Positions 1 through 13,500 of a DNA stretch of 37,163 nucleotides are shown here, one piece after another. The translations under genes were made by a program, and so were the position numbers. The notes beneath the pieces were generated by a model, which saw only the letters and a program-made list of their open reading frames with translations, was not told the origin of the DNA and did no database searches. The stretch spans positions 1 to 37,163 of the forward strand of contig CAXNAD020000041.1 of assembly GCA_964200185.2 (NCBI GenBank), read 5' to 3'. The stretch's first letter is position 1, and the number at the start of each line of letters is the position of its first letter. This DNA is from Choristocarpus tenellus KU-1152 (Eukaryota; Protista; Phaeophyceae).

Positions 1-1560
1 AAATGGACAGCCGCCACCCCCTCCCAGATACTTTGAGCCAATATTGATGTCAAAGATTTTTAGACTGCGGTACATTGAAGGGTTGAATTTATATCGAAGA
101 ATGCACCACCATAGCACCTGAACTATGACACGAAAATGGTCAGGTAGTTGGTTCCTTGTTCGAGAAAAAACGGGATCATTTGATACAAAAGCATTAGACC
201 ATTTCGGCAGCCCACCATCATTGTGAGCTAGATAGCCTCTACTGCGACTATCTACCTAGCCAGAGCACAAATACTTGCAAGTTGAACCACTGGGCAACCA
301 ATATTTCGTCCTATAGCAGGATCAAGACTCCACGCGAAGCGTATGCCCACAGCCAGGGTTCAAACAGGATCCCTAATGTAGGAGAGATTTGCAGGAGAGA
401 AAGAACACCTTACAATGAAGTCCAAAGTTCTCGGGCTTAGAAGGGAGGCTGTGACTTCTCAATGATGGTGGAGGAAGGTTTTGATGATCCGCATTAGTGG
501 TCGTCAAAATATGATCGCTACGTATCTAGCTCCGGCTCCTGTGACGAGCATCTATCTGAGCTGCTTCCAGAATAATGGTCACTTACGCATGTAATTCGAT
601 CTCTGACTGCAGTACTTGGTTTGACCATTTTCCAACCATTTGAACTAGTCGGTCTTATGACATGCATGTAAGAAGTAACGATTTGAAATGAAACGCCATA
701 AAAACTTAAATCTCCAATCCCTCTTTATCATATCATGCATCCAACCCAAAAAGATATCTGTAAGCAATCACTTCACGGCAAAGTATCACATCACATACAG
801 GGGAGACATTTATCGTTCTCAACCTCACATATTTTCCCGGTCGGGATCATTTTCTAGTCATGTTTAAAATGTAGCGCAGGACTTCAACATGATGAGAACG
901 ATTCCGAAGTCCACCATGGGGATGACAAAGGGCAGCAAGGTTGATCTTTCCGGCAACGAGAATGCGAAGGAATCTTTATCACCTTCGCACACTCGAGATC
1001 TAGCTGTCCTCCCCCTTGGCACTGGGGGTATCACATTCTCCCACCTGGCCGATGCGGGGAGCCCTGGTGCCAAAGAAGAACAAGAGGTTGTTAAATGCGT
1101 TCTTCTCCGAGAGAGCTATTTGGAGAGAATTAAATCTGTGATGAAGGGAAATGGAAGAATGTTGACCAAGAGAAAGCGGCTGCATGATCAACTAGAGGGG
1201 CTATTGGACATGCTACGCGTTGCAACAGTTGAGACCGTGGAAGCAATTCAAGCTTGGCGTCATGCCCAGGAACACTCAGCTCCTTTTTTCTGGAAAGCAA
1301 CCAACTACCTACTCAAGATACCCTCTGATCTCGATTTGATTGATTGTTCTGAGGTAAGAAGCCAGCGGGTAGAGGTCCAATGTTGTACTACAAATTGGTT
1401 CACATGAAGGGCATACTGTAGACGGAAGAGGACACCAGAATCAAGAAGGGGGTGTACGTTATGAATGACGCACCAAAACGTGAACGAAAAGCACTGCATC
1501 ATCGGCTATGTTGAAGACTCGAAAAGGAATTAGTTGATGAACTGTGAGCGATGAGACTTA
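1..1560. promoter_or_regulatory. CpG-rich (island-like) 5' region of gene 1
   Basis: Manual count of ~25 CpG in 481-1080 versus ~1 in 4021-4620; overlaps first exon; boundaries approximate. Confidence 0.5.
889..1353 (+). CDS. Gene 1 exon 1
   Basis: ATG 889; EEQEVVKCVLLRESYL...FFWKATNYLLKIPSDLD; donor GAG|GTAAGA at 1354. Confidence 0.85.
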
Positions 1561-4500
1561 GAAGAGGCACGAAAGGGCACTATACAGGAATGTGTTATTC
1601 AAAGTCGTAATTAGACTCTAGGCTCCTATATTAGATGCTTGATTTGCAGTCACTCAACCTGCTCTTATGCGATACCCATAGAACGTTGTAAAAACTATTT
1701 GAAGAAAATGTTTCTGATAGTCTCCAGAAGTACCCCAAATACTAACATTTTGTTCTTGAGCCAAACCGATTCAGAGGTAGGCAGTTTTGGACTGTTTTGT
1801 ATTTCAAGTCATATTTCTTACCCTGTTCAATGCACTCTATTTCATTGCTTTATGTGCACAATAGTGTACGCAAAATTGATATTCCCCTTTCCACACATAA
1901 AGTGAGAACACAATTCAGCAAAGGCTCTTCTGTAATGGTAAAATTGGATCTTTCTTCCCTTTCTTGGGCATCCTTAGAATGTAACCCTGCCTACCTCTTA
2001 GTTGGTTTGGCACTATTGAAAAGTCAGGAATAACCAAAATAAGACCACTTTTGGCAGAGAGTCACCACGAAACCTATGTGCATGTATTCTCATGTGGCTA
2101 AGAGCTCTGTGGGGACCATATATGTGTGGGAACGACCATCCTGGTAGACACACATGCTGGTGCTGACAAGTGGTTGTACATGGTTGTTGGATGAGGCACA
2201 AATTGCGTTAGTAATACCCGCTCACACATCAACAGCATTCAGCACTACTTTCAGCAGCCAAGGTGGGACAGAATTCAGCCTTTGTGCAGCTGCGATGTAG
2301 AAAATGTGACACATGGCACCTGGGTGGATCAGTGATACATGTCATGGACATAAGTATGTTTATCAATCTGTCTACAAAAGAGGTACTCTAAGCAAGAACG
2401 AAAAATTGAGGGTTAACCGCAAGAACAGTCATTGTACAAGAAGATTCGAATTCTGCCATTGTGGCTTTGGGCCTCATTTGACTCTAAGCTCTAAGACTAG
2501 TCTCAAAGTTTGTTGTACTTTATATATGTGTATAGCCTTGAGTTTCTGTGGCATGTCCAAGGAATGAAAAAATAAGAATTCCACTGTATAGGAAGCCCAA
2601 TAATACAGTTCAGTCTACAGAAAATGGAGAAAGAACAAAAAATCATACCTAAAAGTAGTGAAATCCACTTTAAAAATTATTAGTGCCATAATGATCAGCA
2701 CACAAGTACATGCATGCAATACTGTTGCCTGCTGCCCATGGGTTGCAAACAACCTTCAGTATCAATCTTTTCCTGAAATATTTGGTGATTGTGCAAGAAG
2801 CTGCCATGAAATGACTGCAAATACTTCATTTCCAAATTTAGGTGGACTTCCTTCCTGCTGTTTGTTCCAAAACATCGTATACAAACACGTTTTTGAAGAG
2901 AGGGTTACTATGACTGTAGCTGTACACATCTTTCATACATCCCATTAAGTACAAACACATTCTCAGTAATAATTTTACACCAACAGCTATGTAAACTTGT
3001 TGGAATCCATACCTTTCTATCCTCAATTTAATAATGTTAACGACATACTTTGGCCCTCAGATCTCCAGGGACAGGTGTTAGATTCGGCAAGATTTGTATC
3101 GAGGAATCTTGTATGCACTGAATTCATGTACTAGCGGTGTGAAGTGATCAGTGAAGAAAGACTATCAAGTGAATATTGTTGCTAGTTATAAGTTGTCAGT
3201 ATCTCTTCTACTGGACAATTTTGTACAAGTTGGTACAGGTCGACAGACTCAATATGGTATGGTCTTCCCAGGCAGTTGGTACACATATTGCTATAACAGC
3301 AATAACCAAATGATTTTGCTTGTCCACAGTTTGCAAGAGCTCCTACCGGACTTACGGATTGGACAGATTCATCCACAGCATGCAATTTTTGCACTATGAC
3401 AGAAACAGGCATTTGACACCTAACTACAACCAAGAATTGTCTTCGTTTAATTGTGATTTTACTACCTACCCCGATCATGTGCATATCATGGACACCACTC
3501 CCTCATCCACCCAGCCTTTTCTTGCATTGGCATTTGAGATGGGGGTGGAGTTGTCAATTACCCCACCTGTTTAATCTTTGATCATGACTAAAGCAGCTCA
3601 TGATGTTCTCAATATCCAAATTTCTTTCCTTCGAAAGTCTTTGGGCGTGTACCAATTTTTTTTCAAGATATGTTCTATGCAACATCTATTGCATTCTCTT
3701 GCCTTGGCTCACTGCACATGTGTGTTCTCCACTTGGTATAGGTCTGCCTGCACTCAGCATGTACCCTTTCCTCAATTATATTTGTTTCAAAAATGTGCAA
3801 AATGAAATCATCCTGTATAAGAATAGAACTACTTAACATTTTTTCAATGGCTGCATAACTGGGTCGTAATGTCATTTTTTTGGACTGCATTCTTGGATAT
3901 TGAGTGAGAGATATGAGAAAGATAAAGTGAAATAGTGAATATCAAGCTGGCTATTACTCTGCGATCATTTTCCACAACACTTTGTTGAGGAGGATTTCAA
4001 AGTGTCCTGAGTGTCCAAAGTGAAATCCTAAGTTTGAATCCCTCCAGAAGCAAATTAGAAATCTGTGGAAGACTGGGTGTGGGTCAACACCTTTCAGAGT
4101 GGGGCACCACTTTGCTACTACTTATATTATATGTGATGGGAGAAAAGAGCCCCTAAATTGCTTTGTAAATTCAGGAGTGGCTCCTCTGAGGTACACAACA
4201 CAGTGCTGTGATGTGCAGCCTGGAGGTTTTATACTCATCCATCAAAGAGTTCCCTTGGTACTTTTTAGAGCCATGGAGGAGATTATAGATGGTGTATGTA
4301 GTCCAAAACCATACAGGTATTCCTCACAATGAATGGTAGGGGAAGAATCTCAATTTTTTTCTAGTTGATAAACAAGCATACACTTCCTACCCCATATCAA
4401 TATTTTGTATGTGTGATGTCTCTCTCATGAAGAGTTGAACAGAGGGTTATGTAAGTAGAATTATCTAAACCAGTAAAAGTAATGATATCTATACCCCCAC

Positions 4501-7500
4501 CTTGGTGATCCTGCTAATGTGTCTACATCTATTGAATCTAGAATTTTGGAGTTGAAATATATTTTATGATTAACTTCGATCATCCATGGACAAGTAGAAT
4601 GCACTGTGCAACTACAAGAGAATGTTGATGAATATGATGGAGAACAGCATACTCTTGGGTCAAATTGGTGAGCCTCTTGACATTAAGATATTGAGCATAC
4701 CTTGAATCTATCTGAATTTTTTGGACAATAAAAATATATTAATCTCAACTTGTGGTGTCCTTGAACAATTCCTATGGGTTCTGTTCAGTTGTTGAAATGA
4801 TTCAAAGTAAACCAACCATTGTGCAATATACTCTTGTGGAGCTGAAAGTCATTTCAATGAGGACAATGTACATCAACATGATTCGAAGTATACTTTGTAT
4901 TTAATGGACCACGTAGCCATTAATTAAACCTTCTGGACTGTGTAATGTATATACTCAAACCCAATAAATCTGTATTCTGGAGCAATTTCCATGCATTATA
5001 CAACATAATTATATATTTGCCATAATCCTAATGTATTATGGTAAGAATAGCTCCACAACACTTAAGTAAAAGGTGCAATATATTAATGTATGGCACAAAT
5101 CATGTCCTCCACACATCTTTGCAGAGAGATCTCTCTCCACAATGATATGCTGGACAGATTGCTGGTAATGAAACATTGATTCTGATCCATTTTTCACAAG
5201 GAATCCAATAGTCGTTATCCCATATACATTGATTCCTACTGCAGAGTGAAGTATTTCCATCTTGTGGAAAAGTTATCCAAGATAACACCATACCCATACT
5301 CTATAAAAGAAACTTACCCATTGTTCCAAATAGCGTTAAAACTTTCTGTATAATAGTGTAAACACTTGTTTTTTTGTATCAATTTTCTCTTTCAACATAA
5401 TTTGATCATTATTTTCTGCTAAAGCTTCATGATACTTTTGCACATGATAAACTCAACGTTTTGATTCCCTCCAAGGGCTCTGAAAAAGTACACTATAGGA
5501 CATTAGAACAGTCATTTAGTTCACAATATTTGTCAAAGTTGAATTATGCCTTTCCCCTCTCATCTAGTGCATGCCGAACATCAACTTGACGTTATTGATT
5601 TGATCTCTATAATCACATCATTTTCTCTGCAGGATATTCGTTTATGGCTCGGTTTCAACCTGACAAGGAATCCATTCATTGTTCCAACTCCTTTGGTACA
5701 TCACCCTGTTGGGAACCCTATGATAGCTGGGTCTGTTTTGCCGATGGACATTGAAGGCTTCACTGTTGTTGGAGGAAGGAGGACTCAATTGACCCAGAAC
5801 AAGTCAGGAAACAGCTCAGCACGCCAAATACACCAAAACTTACTGGGTAACCCACTAGGAGGTGGGGGTGTCATTGGAGACATGGATATGTTGCGTGTGC
5901 GAGAGGCTGAGAAGGTTATCCTGCAGGAAGAAGAGATTCATGGCAGGTGAGAGTCATGGATAGGTCAAAATTGCAATGCACCTATCCATATCAAGGAGGC
6001 AGTTACAGCCCACCAGAGTTTAAATACTCTGGATTAATAGAGCTTTAGTCTTGTGCTGTTGTTTTTGGCAGATGGGAAGGACTACACGGTATGCACCTGG
6101 TTTCTTGAGTAATTCCACAGGTGTAGATCACTGACACACTTACAACACACAAGCATAATCTTGAGAAGAATGCTTGTGATGACTTCAACCAATTTTCCTA
6201 AAGATACATGTCTTGTTGCTACAGAACATCCTGCTCTCAATCACATCATCCAGATATGAGCAAGATAGCTCATCCAGGTTGATTCCAGCAGCAAGTGCAC
6301 TCTGCAGCTCTTTTTCAAAAGCACTTCTCCTTGATGATCACCGGGAACTACTGTCACCCGCACAAGTACCTGTGCCCTTAGCCCCTTTTGCTCACATAGC
6401 AGGGGTAGGTTGTATCACACAAAACCAACACATGGCACAAACTTTGCTTGTGCCACCCACGGTTAAGAGAGGTGTGGGAGTACGTCATGCCTCTGGAACA
6501 GCAAGCTCTCAGCGCTCTGGGGGAAGACTCTACCCTAGCAGTATGGTTAAAATGGAATCACGTAGAAGGCGCCCTCTTAAAAGGTGTGTCTTTGTTGTTG
6601 ACGTGATTTTTCATTCTGATACAGAATGATCCTTTTATTTCCAACAGTTGCCTCCTTACTTAGGACTTTTTTTTCCAAATTTCTAAGCCATTTGCCCTGG
6701 GAGAGTTTCCAGTGACCAATAAAACAGGTTGATTAAAAGCTGCCAAACATTCCTTATGTCCCCTGGTTGCAGATCATTAGGTGCTGCACTTGATGCTGAG
6801 ATGACAAGGCGGAGACAGAAGAATACACAGCTGCAACAAGAACTACATCAAATGCACTGTAGCCTTCAGAATGCTCGGAAATGCCTTGCACATGCAGAAA
6901 ATATGGTTCAGCAAGATGTTGCCCCTCTGAATGAGACCATTGAAGATGAGAATATGAACAACATTTTTACAGATGTCGATGATCTAACTCCTGCAATTGG
7001 GTGTTTGAGCAAGGAATTCTCCAACAAGAAGATGGAGCTAGGTAGAGATATAATAATGCTCCAACAAAAGGAAGAGGAACTTGAATATGACAGCAAAAGG
7101 CTCAAGGCCATGCAGGAGCAATTAGATGTTTTCAAGGAATTGGAGAGGAACAAGCAAGACAGGAGGCGAGGGCTTACCCTTGAACGTAAGAGGAGACTTC
7201 TTGAGCAGGATCTTGATATCCAAAAACGGGCATGCGATGTAAGCAAGTACACTATAGAGGATGTAGCTGCAACTCAACTGCAACGTATTGTCCGTGGTGT
7301 ACAGCGGCGTGCCTTTGTGAAGCTTTTACGTCCGATTTATGACAGGGCTGCTACAAGCATTCAGCGAATTGTGAGGGGGCACCTTGGGCGCTCCATGGCC
7401 AAGGTTAAACAATACAATCTAAATGCAGCGACAAAAATCCAAATGGTGATCCGGGGTCACATTGGTCGTGCTGTGTTTCGAAGAGAGCTCCACAAATCCA

Positions 7501-10500
7501 AGATGAATCGAGCAGCTCAAATCATCCAATGCGAGGCACGTAGGAGAACAAGTCAGCAACGAGCCGCAAATAAGCGCTGTCTCTTGGAGAGTGCCAGACA
7601 TGGAGCAGAAGTTGTTAGTGTCAGGCAGTTATTCCACCAGGACATAGTTGAATTGGCAAATGCAATTAAGGCACCATTGCTAGATGGTACCATCAACCCT
7701 CCCCCCAGCATTGTGTTAGGACTCATTAAGGTTGTAGAGCTCATGTTGATTGGAAGTGGAAGCGCCCATGACATTATTTCACATTACAATACCATTGGTG
7801 TCAAGTATGAGTTTGAGATGCGACCTGAAAATAGATTTGGGTGGCGAAACGCTCTTCGCCTTCTCCAGCGGACATCAAAGTTCTTTCGCCGCTTGCGACA
7901 ACTAGCAGAGGGACCTCAAAGTAGTCGCCCACGGATGCTACACCTTTCAAAGGAAGCTGTGCAGACCTACAATGCCCTTAAGCACAACCAAGGGTGGGGA
8001 GTAGCGGCCATGGGGCAAGTGGGAGCAGGAGCCAAGGCATGTCAACAGCTCACCTTGTGGGTGGACTCCTTGCAGGAAGTATTTGCCTACCAGCTGCAGT
8101 TTACAGAAGATCTCCAGGAGAATTACCCAGTCTGGTTGGAACGAGTACAGGCAAGCAGGCGTTGCATGCGTCATTTGGAAGTGCAACATGCAGTCTGGAA
8201 ACGCAGTTGTGAAATTGCAGATCAAATACTCCATGAAACAAAAAATGGAATCACAGACCACCCTGGAACTGTCACTTGTGAGAAAGTGGATGACTCAAGT
8301 GGAGTAAAGAACCACGGCAGGAAGGGTGATTTACGGGTTGTTGTTGCCGAGCGAGGTGTAACGTCACTAAGAATCCAGGAGGCAGCTATACAAGAAGCAA
8401 TCACTGAGCTGCGAAGAAGTGAGGAAAAAGCCCAGCAAGTAGACATGGGTAAAGAGCAATTCCATATGCACACGGTAATGGAGGAACTAAAACAGGCAGA
8501 AAAGAATGTTGCAGATGCCAAACACCACTTCACCACCACTCGAGTCAGAGCTCAAGATGGTGACAAATCTGAGCAAGGAAAGCTCCCTGTCCTGCTAGAG
8601 GTCATGACAAACTGTGAAATTATTCGAAGGGAGTGCTGGACAAAGGTTGAGCTTGCACGAATCCAGGGGGAGCGAAATATGAAGAGACGAGGTGTGGATT
8701 TGATTATTTCAGGCGACGTACGGTTGAAAGCACAGGCTTTGGGTGAGTTGGAGGCTGCACTAACTTTAGCTGAAGAAGATCTAAGATACTTTTATGACAT
8801 GAGAAAGATGGTGCCAGGGTCAACAGACCTAACGGAGATGTCAAGCTCTGATGTGGCTGTGATACAAGGACTTAAAGAAAAAGAAAAAGATACAAGAACT
8901 CAGGCAACCATGGCCAGAGCTGCGCTGGAAGCAATGGAAGCTGAAATTGAGATGACGTTCACCAGTGCGGAAAAAGCAGAGGTGACATGAAGACCATTTC
9001 CACTGTAACATTTAAACAAATGCAGCACTTAAGTACAGTCCAGAGCTTACACAGTCAACATGCAACCAATGCCCAGGTTCTAATTCCCATGCTCAGATGC
9101 AAAGCAAGACCAGGATACCTCAAGAGTGGGATAATCCTACTCTCGAAGAGTATGAGGAAGACGTTCGTGAGGATGAAAAGTGCGCTCAAGAGGAGTTGGA
9201 AATGAAGCAGCAATATGTTCCGCAAAGCATTCTTACTCGACCGTTTGGGCGACCACGACCTTTTGTAATTTGCATCAGTCGAGATGTCCCAGCCATTGCA
9301 AAGAAAAACATGGTAGAAAGACTGGTCAAAGATTTACCCGGACTCACCATGCATCTTGATGAGGAGACAAGCTTCGGCCTTCATCTTAACAACATCCAGA
9401 AGGCGTTATCGGCGAGGTGATACAATTAAGGGGTGCACATTATATCATGTGTAACACACCAGAGTAGGCTGCCGAACGGTTAATTTGCCCTTGAATGTTC
9501 TAGACAGAAATGTTTATATCTCTTCACACATGCCTGTACTCAGTCATCCCAGATTGTCTTATCTGGACTCCTAATGCCAGAGTCTGTTTACCACGAGTGA
9601 TAGTGTTGGCCTCAACGAAAGAGAGGATTAGTGGTCTTACTTTAGGAGTACAATGCAATGCATGCACCCTCTAAACTTCCTAGGCAAGATGTAGGCAGGA
9701 CAGCTTGAAGATCATTGAACTATACAAGTCACCACACCTTTGAAATGATAACAGCATTACAGTAATTGTAATACTCACCACTCAGGTATTGTGTGGTGTG
9801 CAATGTGGATGTTGGCATTGGACAAGGGTCCAGGAGATCATTTCTCCAACATGCCATTGTTACGAGGGAAGCCCTCATCCCTGTACCCAATTTGATTCTG
9901 GTCAAGGGGGAGAATACCAACCGCTTAGGTGAACCTCATGAATTGCACTTGGGGTGCGATGAGACTGACTTGAATGTTATGAGGGATGGACAGATGAAAC
10001 GATGCCTCCAAAGTGCAGCCCAAGCAGTAATGGATTTCCAGCAACCAGACCTAGTTGACATGATGGAGAAGCTGGGTCAATTGGAGAAGCCACCATCACC
10101 AGCCTGTCATATCATAATGGAGGCAACAATTATCCTGCTCACGTCTCACAAGACATTAAACATCACCCCTTTCTCTGCCTTGAGCGGAGTGTCGTGGATG
10201 GAAGCAAGGCAACTGCTCCAGCATACACAGCATTTCCAAGCTGCTATCTTGGCAGTGGATATCTATTCAATTCCTCCATTGAATCTATCATCTCTACAGG
10301 TGTGTGCCTGACTCACACTCCCTTGACAAAGGTAGGTTTACCCTTTTCCACACAATACCATAACGTACTTTGACAAGTGGGATAGTCAATTCATTACCTC
10401 TGTAATGTTGTACAGGCTTACATTACTCACAAGGAGTGGCCGCCAAGAGGGTGCATTGCTGCCAGCAGCAATAAAGTCTTAGCCCACTTGTGTGAATGGG

Positions 10501-13500
10501 TCTCAGCAGTGGTAACTTTTGCCACCCTGCTAAGGAAAGTTGGTGGAAACGCCCCAGCTGTGACACGTCGTTCTCCTGTTGAAGGCCTGTTTCACTCAGT
10601 GGTGCAGGTCCAAGATGGAAACTCCAGTGGCAATGAGCTAGATGCAGACTCCAAGAGAGGGTGTGTACTAATCGCACATTTAGCCATATATACGATAGCT
10701 TACCATGGACTAAACTTGTTCAAAAGCTAACAGATGAAACAACTTTGTGATCAGAGAGTCCTCCTGCTGCCACAAAGCTGAGCACGAATGTCTTGATATG
10801 ATAAGTGATTTGGAACGGAATTGCTGTAAGGAATTTGGACTCTGTTGTTGTGTTTGTTGTATTTCCCTGCCTTACACATTCTTTCTTGTCCCACTCATTG
10901 CAACATCTGCAAAATGTCAACGGGTACGAAATAATGCACAATGCATGATCATATTTTATAGATTTCCCAATAAGTGGGACACGTGAAGACTAATAACATT
11001 CTGTGGAGCATACTATTATTAAATTGGGGCAACGACATGCAGTGTGAATTAAATTTCTACCCAAGGATCTCAGAGTACCTAATGAAGTTATGTTAAGAAA
11101 CATTGAATGAGAAAGACAACTCCTTTGATAAAAGATTCTGCTAGAATGTCCAAGAACCCTCACATTTAGTCTGAAGGTGGAACGGCAAACACTATAACCT
11201 CGGATAGTTTCTTGCATGCATCTGTAACAATATTTCACTGTGCACTTCTGAATCTGAGGTGAAACCATGACGAGTTTATCAGCTGTGGGGCAATACGTCA
11301 AATGTACGTATGTGACATAGTGTTGTTTGAAAACATTTTCAGGTGGTTAGCCGCATATTACTCTCTATTGTCCTCAGTTCTGGAGGATGTACGAACTTTT
11401 CGGATTGCAAAGCACATCAAGGGGGCCAATGAAGCATCCAGCACTGTTCATATGGTTGAGGTGGGAAGAAAAAAACATGGGAAGCGTGTGCACTAATCAT
11501 GAAGTATGACTGCAAATTCACACCCTCTTTTATCATTTTCCTGATCACTTGACCTTCACAAATTTCGTAAGCAGGTTTATCAAGAATGCAAACGGCTATT
11601 TTTCAGTGTATATAACCCTGAAACATGTGTGAGGCACATTCTCTCCCTGGATGAAAGTAAGGTATTTGACGGCTTCATCCTTTGTTGTTAAGTTTGCATT
11701 TTCAATATGTGCAAGGTCCCTCCATGTATTTGGAAGGGATAGTTTGGACTGTTGCATACAGGTTACCTACACAGCATGCGCATCTAAAAACAAATGCAAA
11801 ATGTAAACACAACATTTCCTCCTCTAGGTCAGTCACCTCCTTGCACCAAGATTGAATGAATGCTCAGAGTTTGGCCCAAAGACAGTGCCAAAAGATCATG
11901 AGACCGTGATGGTCCGCCTCATTGAACTGCTCCACTTTCAAGAACTGCGGCAGCGTCAGGTAGGAATATCCCTGGGAAGCAATGAACTGACTTTGTCACA
12001 GATGAAATGCTGGTTGTTTGGCTAGATGGAATTCATATTACCTACTTTTCAAATATTTACACATTGAAGTATTTACACCTTGAAGTGTTGGTGAAGTGAG
12101 GATTTTGTGTGCTTTGAAGTACTCAGTGTGTTTCTTGCTACCATTTTAGTTCGTATCACCTACAACTAGTTATCACCTTTGTTGCAGGCATAATTACTGT
12201 TGTTGTGTTTGTTTTATTCTCTGGTTTACAATTGTGGCCTCTTGTCCCCCCTCCCCATGAAAACATCTGTGAAATATCAATCGACATGGAATATTTTGAT
12301 AGATCTACTTTTGATGTCTTTTGTCATGCAGGGTGGCGGGAAAAAACTGGTTTGCCAGCGCACATTACAACGCCTTCTTCGTGAAACAAGACACATATCA
12401 GGCCATCTGGCTGTTGTAACAGTCTACGAAGAGGCCAGGGGAGAGATCCGGTGTCATGTCTACCTAGCATCTTATTCAGCTAGGCTTGAGTATAATGTTG
12501 ATGCTGCAGCAATTAAATCTGTTCTTCCAGATAGCAGCATCTCTACAGGAGAGCGTGATGCTTTGGAAAGCGAAGATGCAAGCAAGCTCCTCACTCCAAT
12601 CACAGATCGCCTTGCGATATCGCCTGCCCTTTCAACAATTATTGACATGGGTGTACGACCTAAGGGTCTGATGGGGCGGGTAACAAAGAGCTGCAGTCAA
12701 GGTTTCCTTCTCAAAATTCGTCGAAAGGTGTGTAAAATAGGTTTGTGATGCATGTATAGTACTTTAAATGTGAAGATATAGAGTGGTGTAGATCCTCAAC
12801 AGGGGAGTTGTAGATGTCAAGGGGAAATTGTTCCAAGATGCATTGAGCCAGCTCTCTATAAAGGCTATGTGCAGTTTGTACAAATGTAGTTGTGTTGGTA
12901 GCTCAAGATCCAGAAAAGAACAGAACCTATGGGAAACAGTCTGACCGCTGGTGGATCTTTACACATACTGAAAGATAAGGTTGATACAAAATTTGGAAGT
13001 ATCAGCTTGATTTTTTTTTAATTTGGTTTTGTTTTTAAATTATTGTGGGTTGGACAATTGTTCATTTATCACCCTTTGCAGACTAAGGATTAGAAGTATT
13101 GATGGCATGTTCTGAATTAATCCCGCTTTCAAGATGGAAATGAATCAATATAATACTTCACTCTTCAATTGTAAAATACTATTTATTGCTGTTGGTAAAG
13201 GTAGTATTAGCAGTGTTGTGAATCTAAGACTTATTTAATACCATAAATGTTACATCCAGTTAGTCCATATTTTTTTGTAAAAGCAGAAACGTGATATTTT
13301 ATTCTTATCAGCTGCTAAGGAATTTGTCGTCAAAATGACATCTTTCTGAAGAAATATTATTCCATCAAGAAGAACACTAAATAAACAGAAAGTGAGTGAA
13401 ACTATGAAGTTGGCATTATGACATTGACTCTTAGAAAGAAAAATCTTTCCAAGAGAAATATCTGGTGGGCACAGCAGGAAAGAGGGAAGACCTGGAACTT

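Noticed and set aside
1-560. Possible exons of an upstream or divergent gene
   Set aside because: Short open frames and splice-like sites on both strands, but no consistent frame or recognisable motif
6908-8539. Minus-strand and alternate-frame ORFs overlapping exon 4, and similar short ORFs in introns
   Set aside because: Shadow ORFs of real exons or random intronic frames with no motif support
6729-8990. 753-aa ORF as a standalone gene or a true dynein/myosin
   Set aside because: Bounded by splice sites and part of the 23-exon gene; no motor domain or Walker A motif seen
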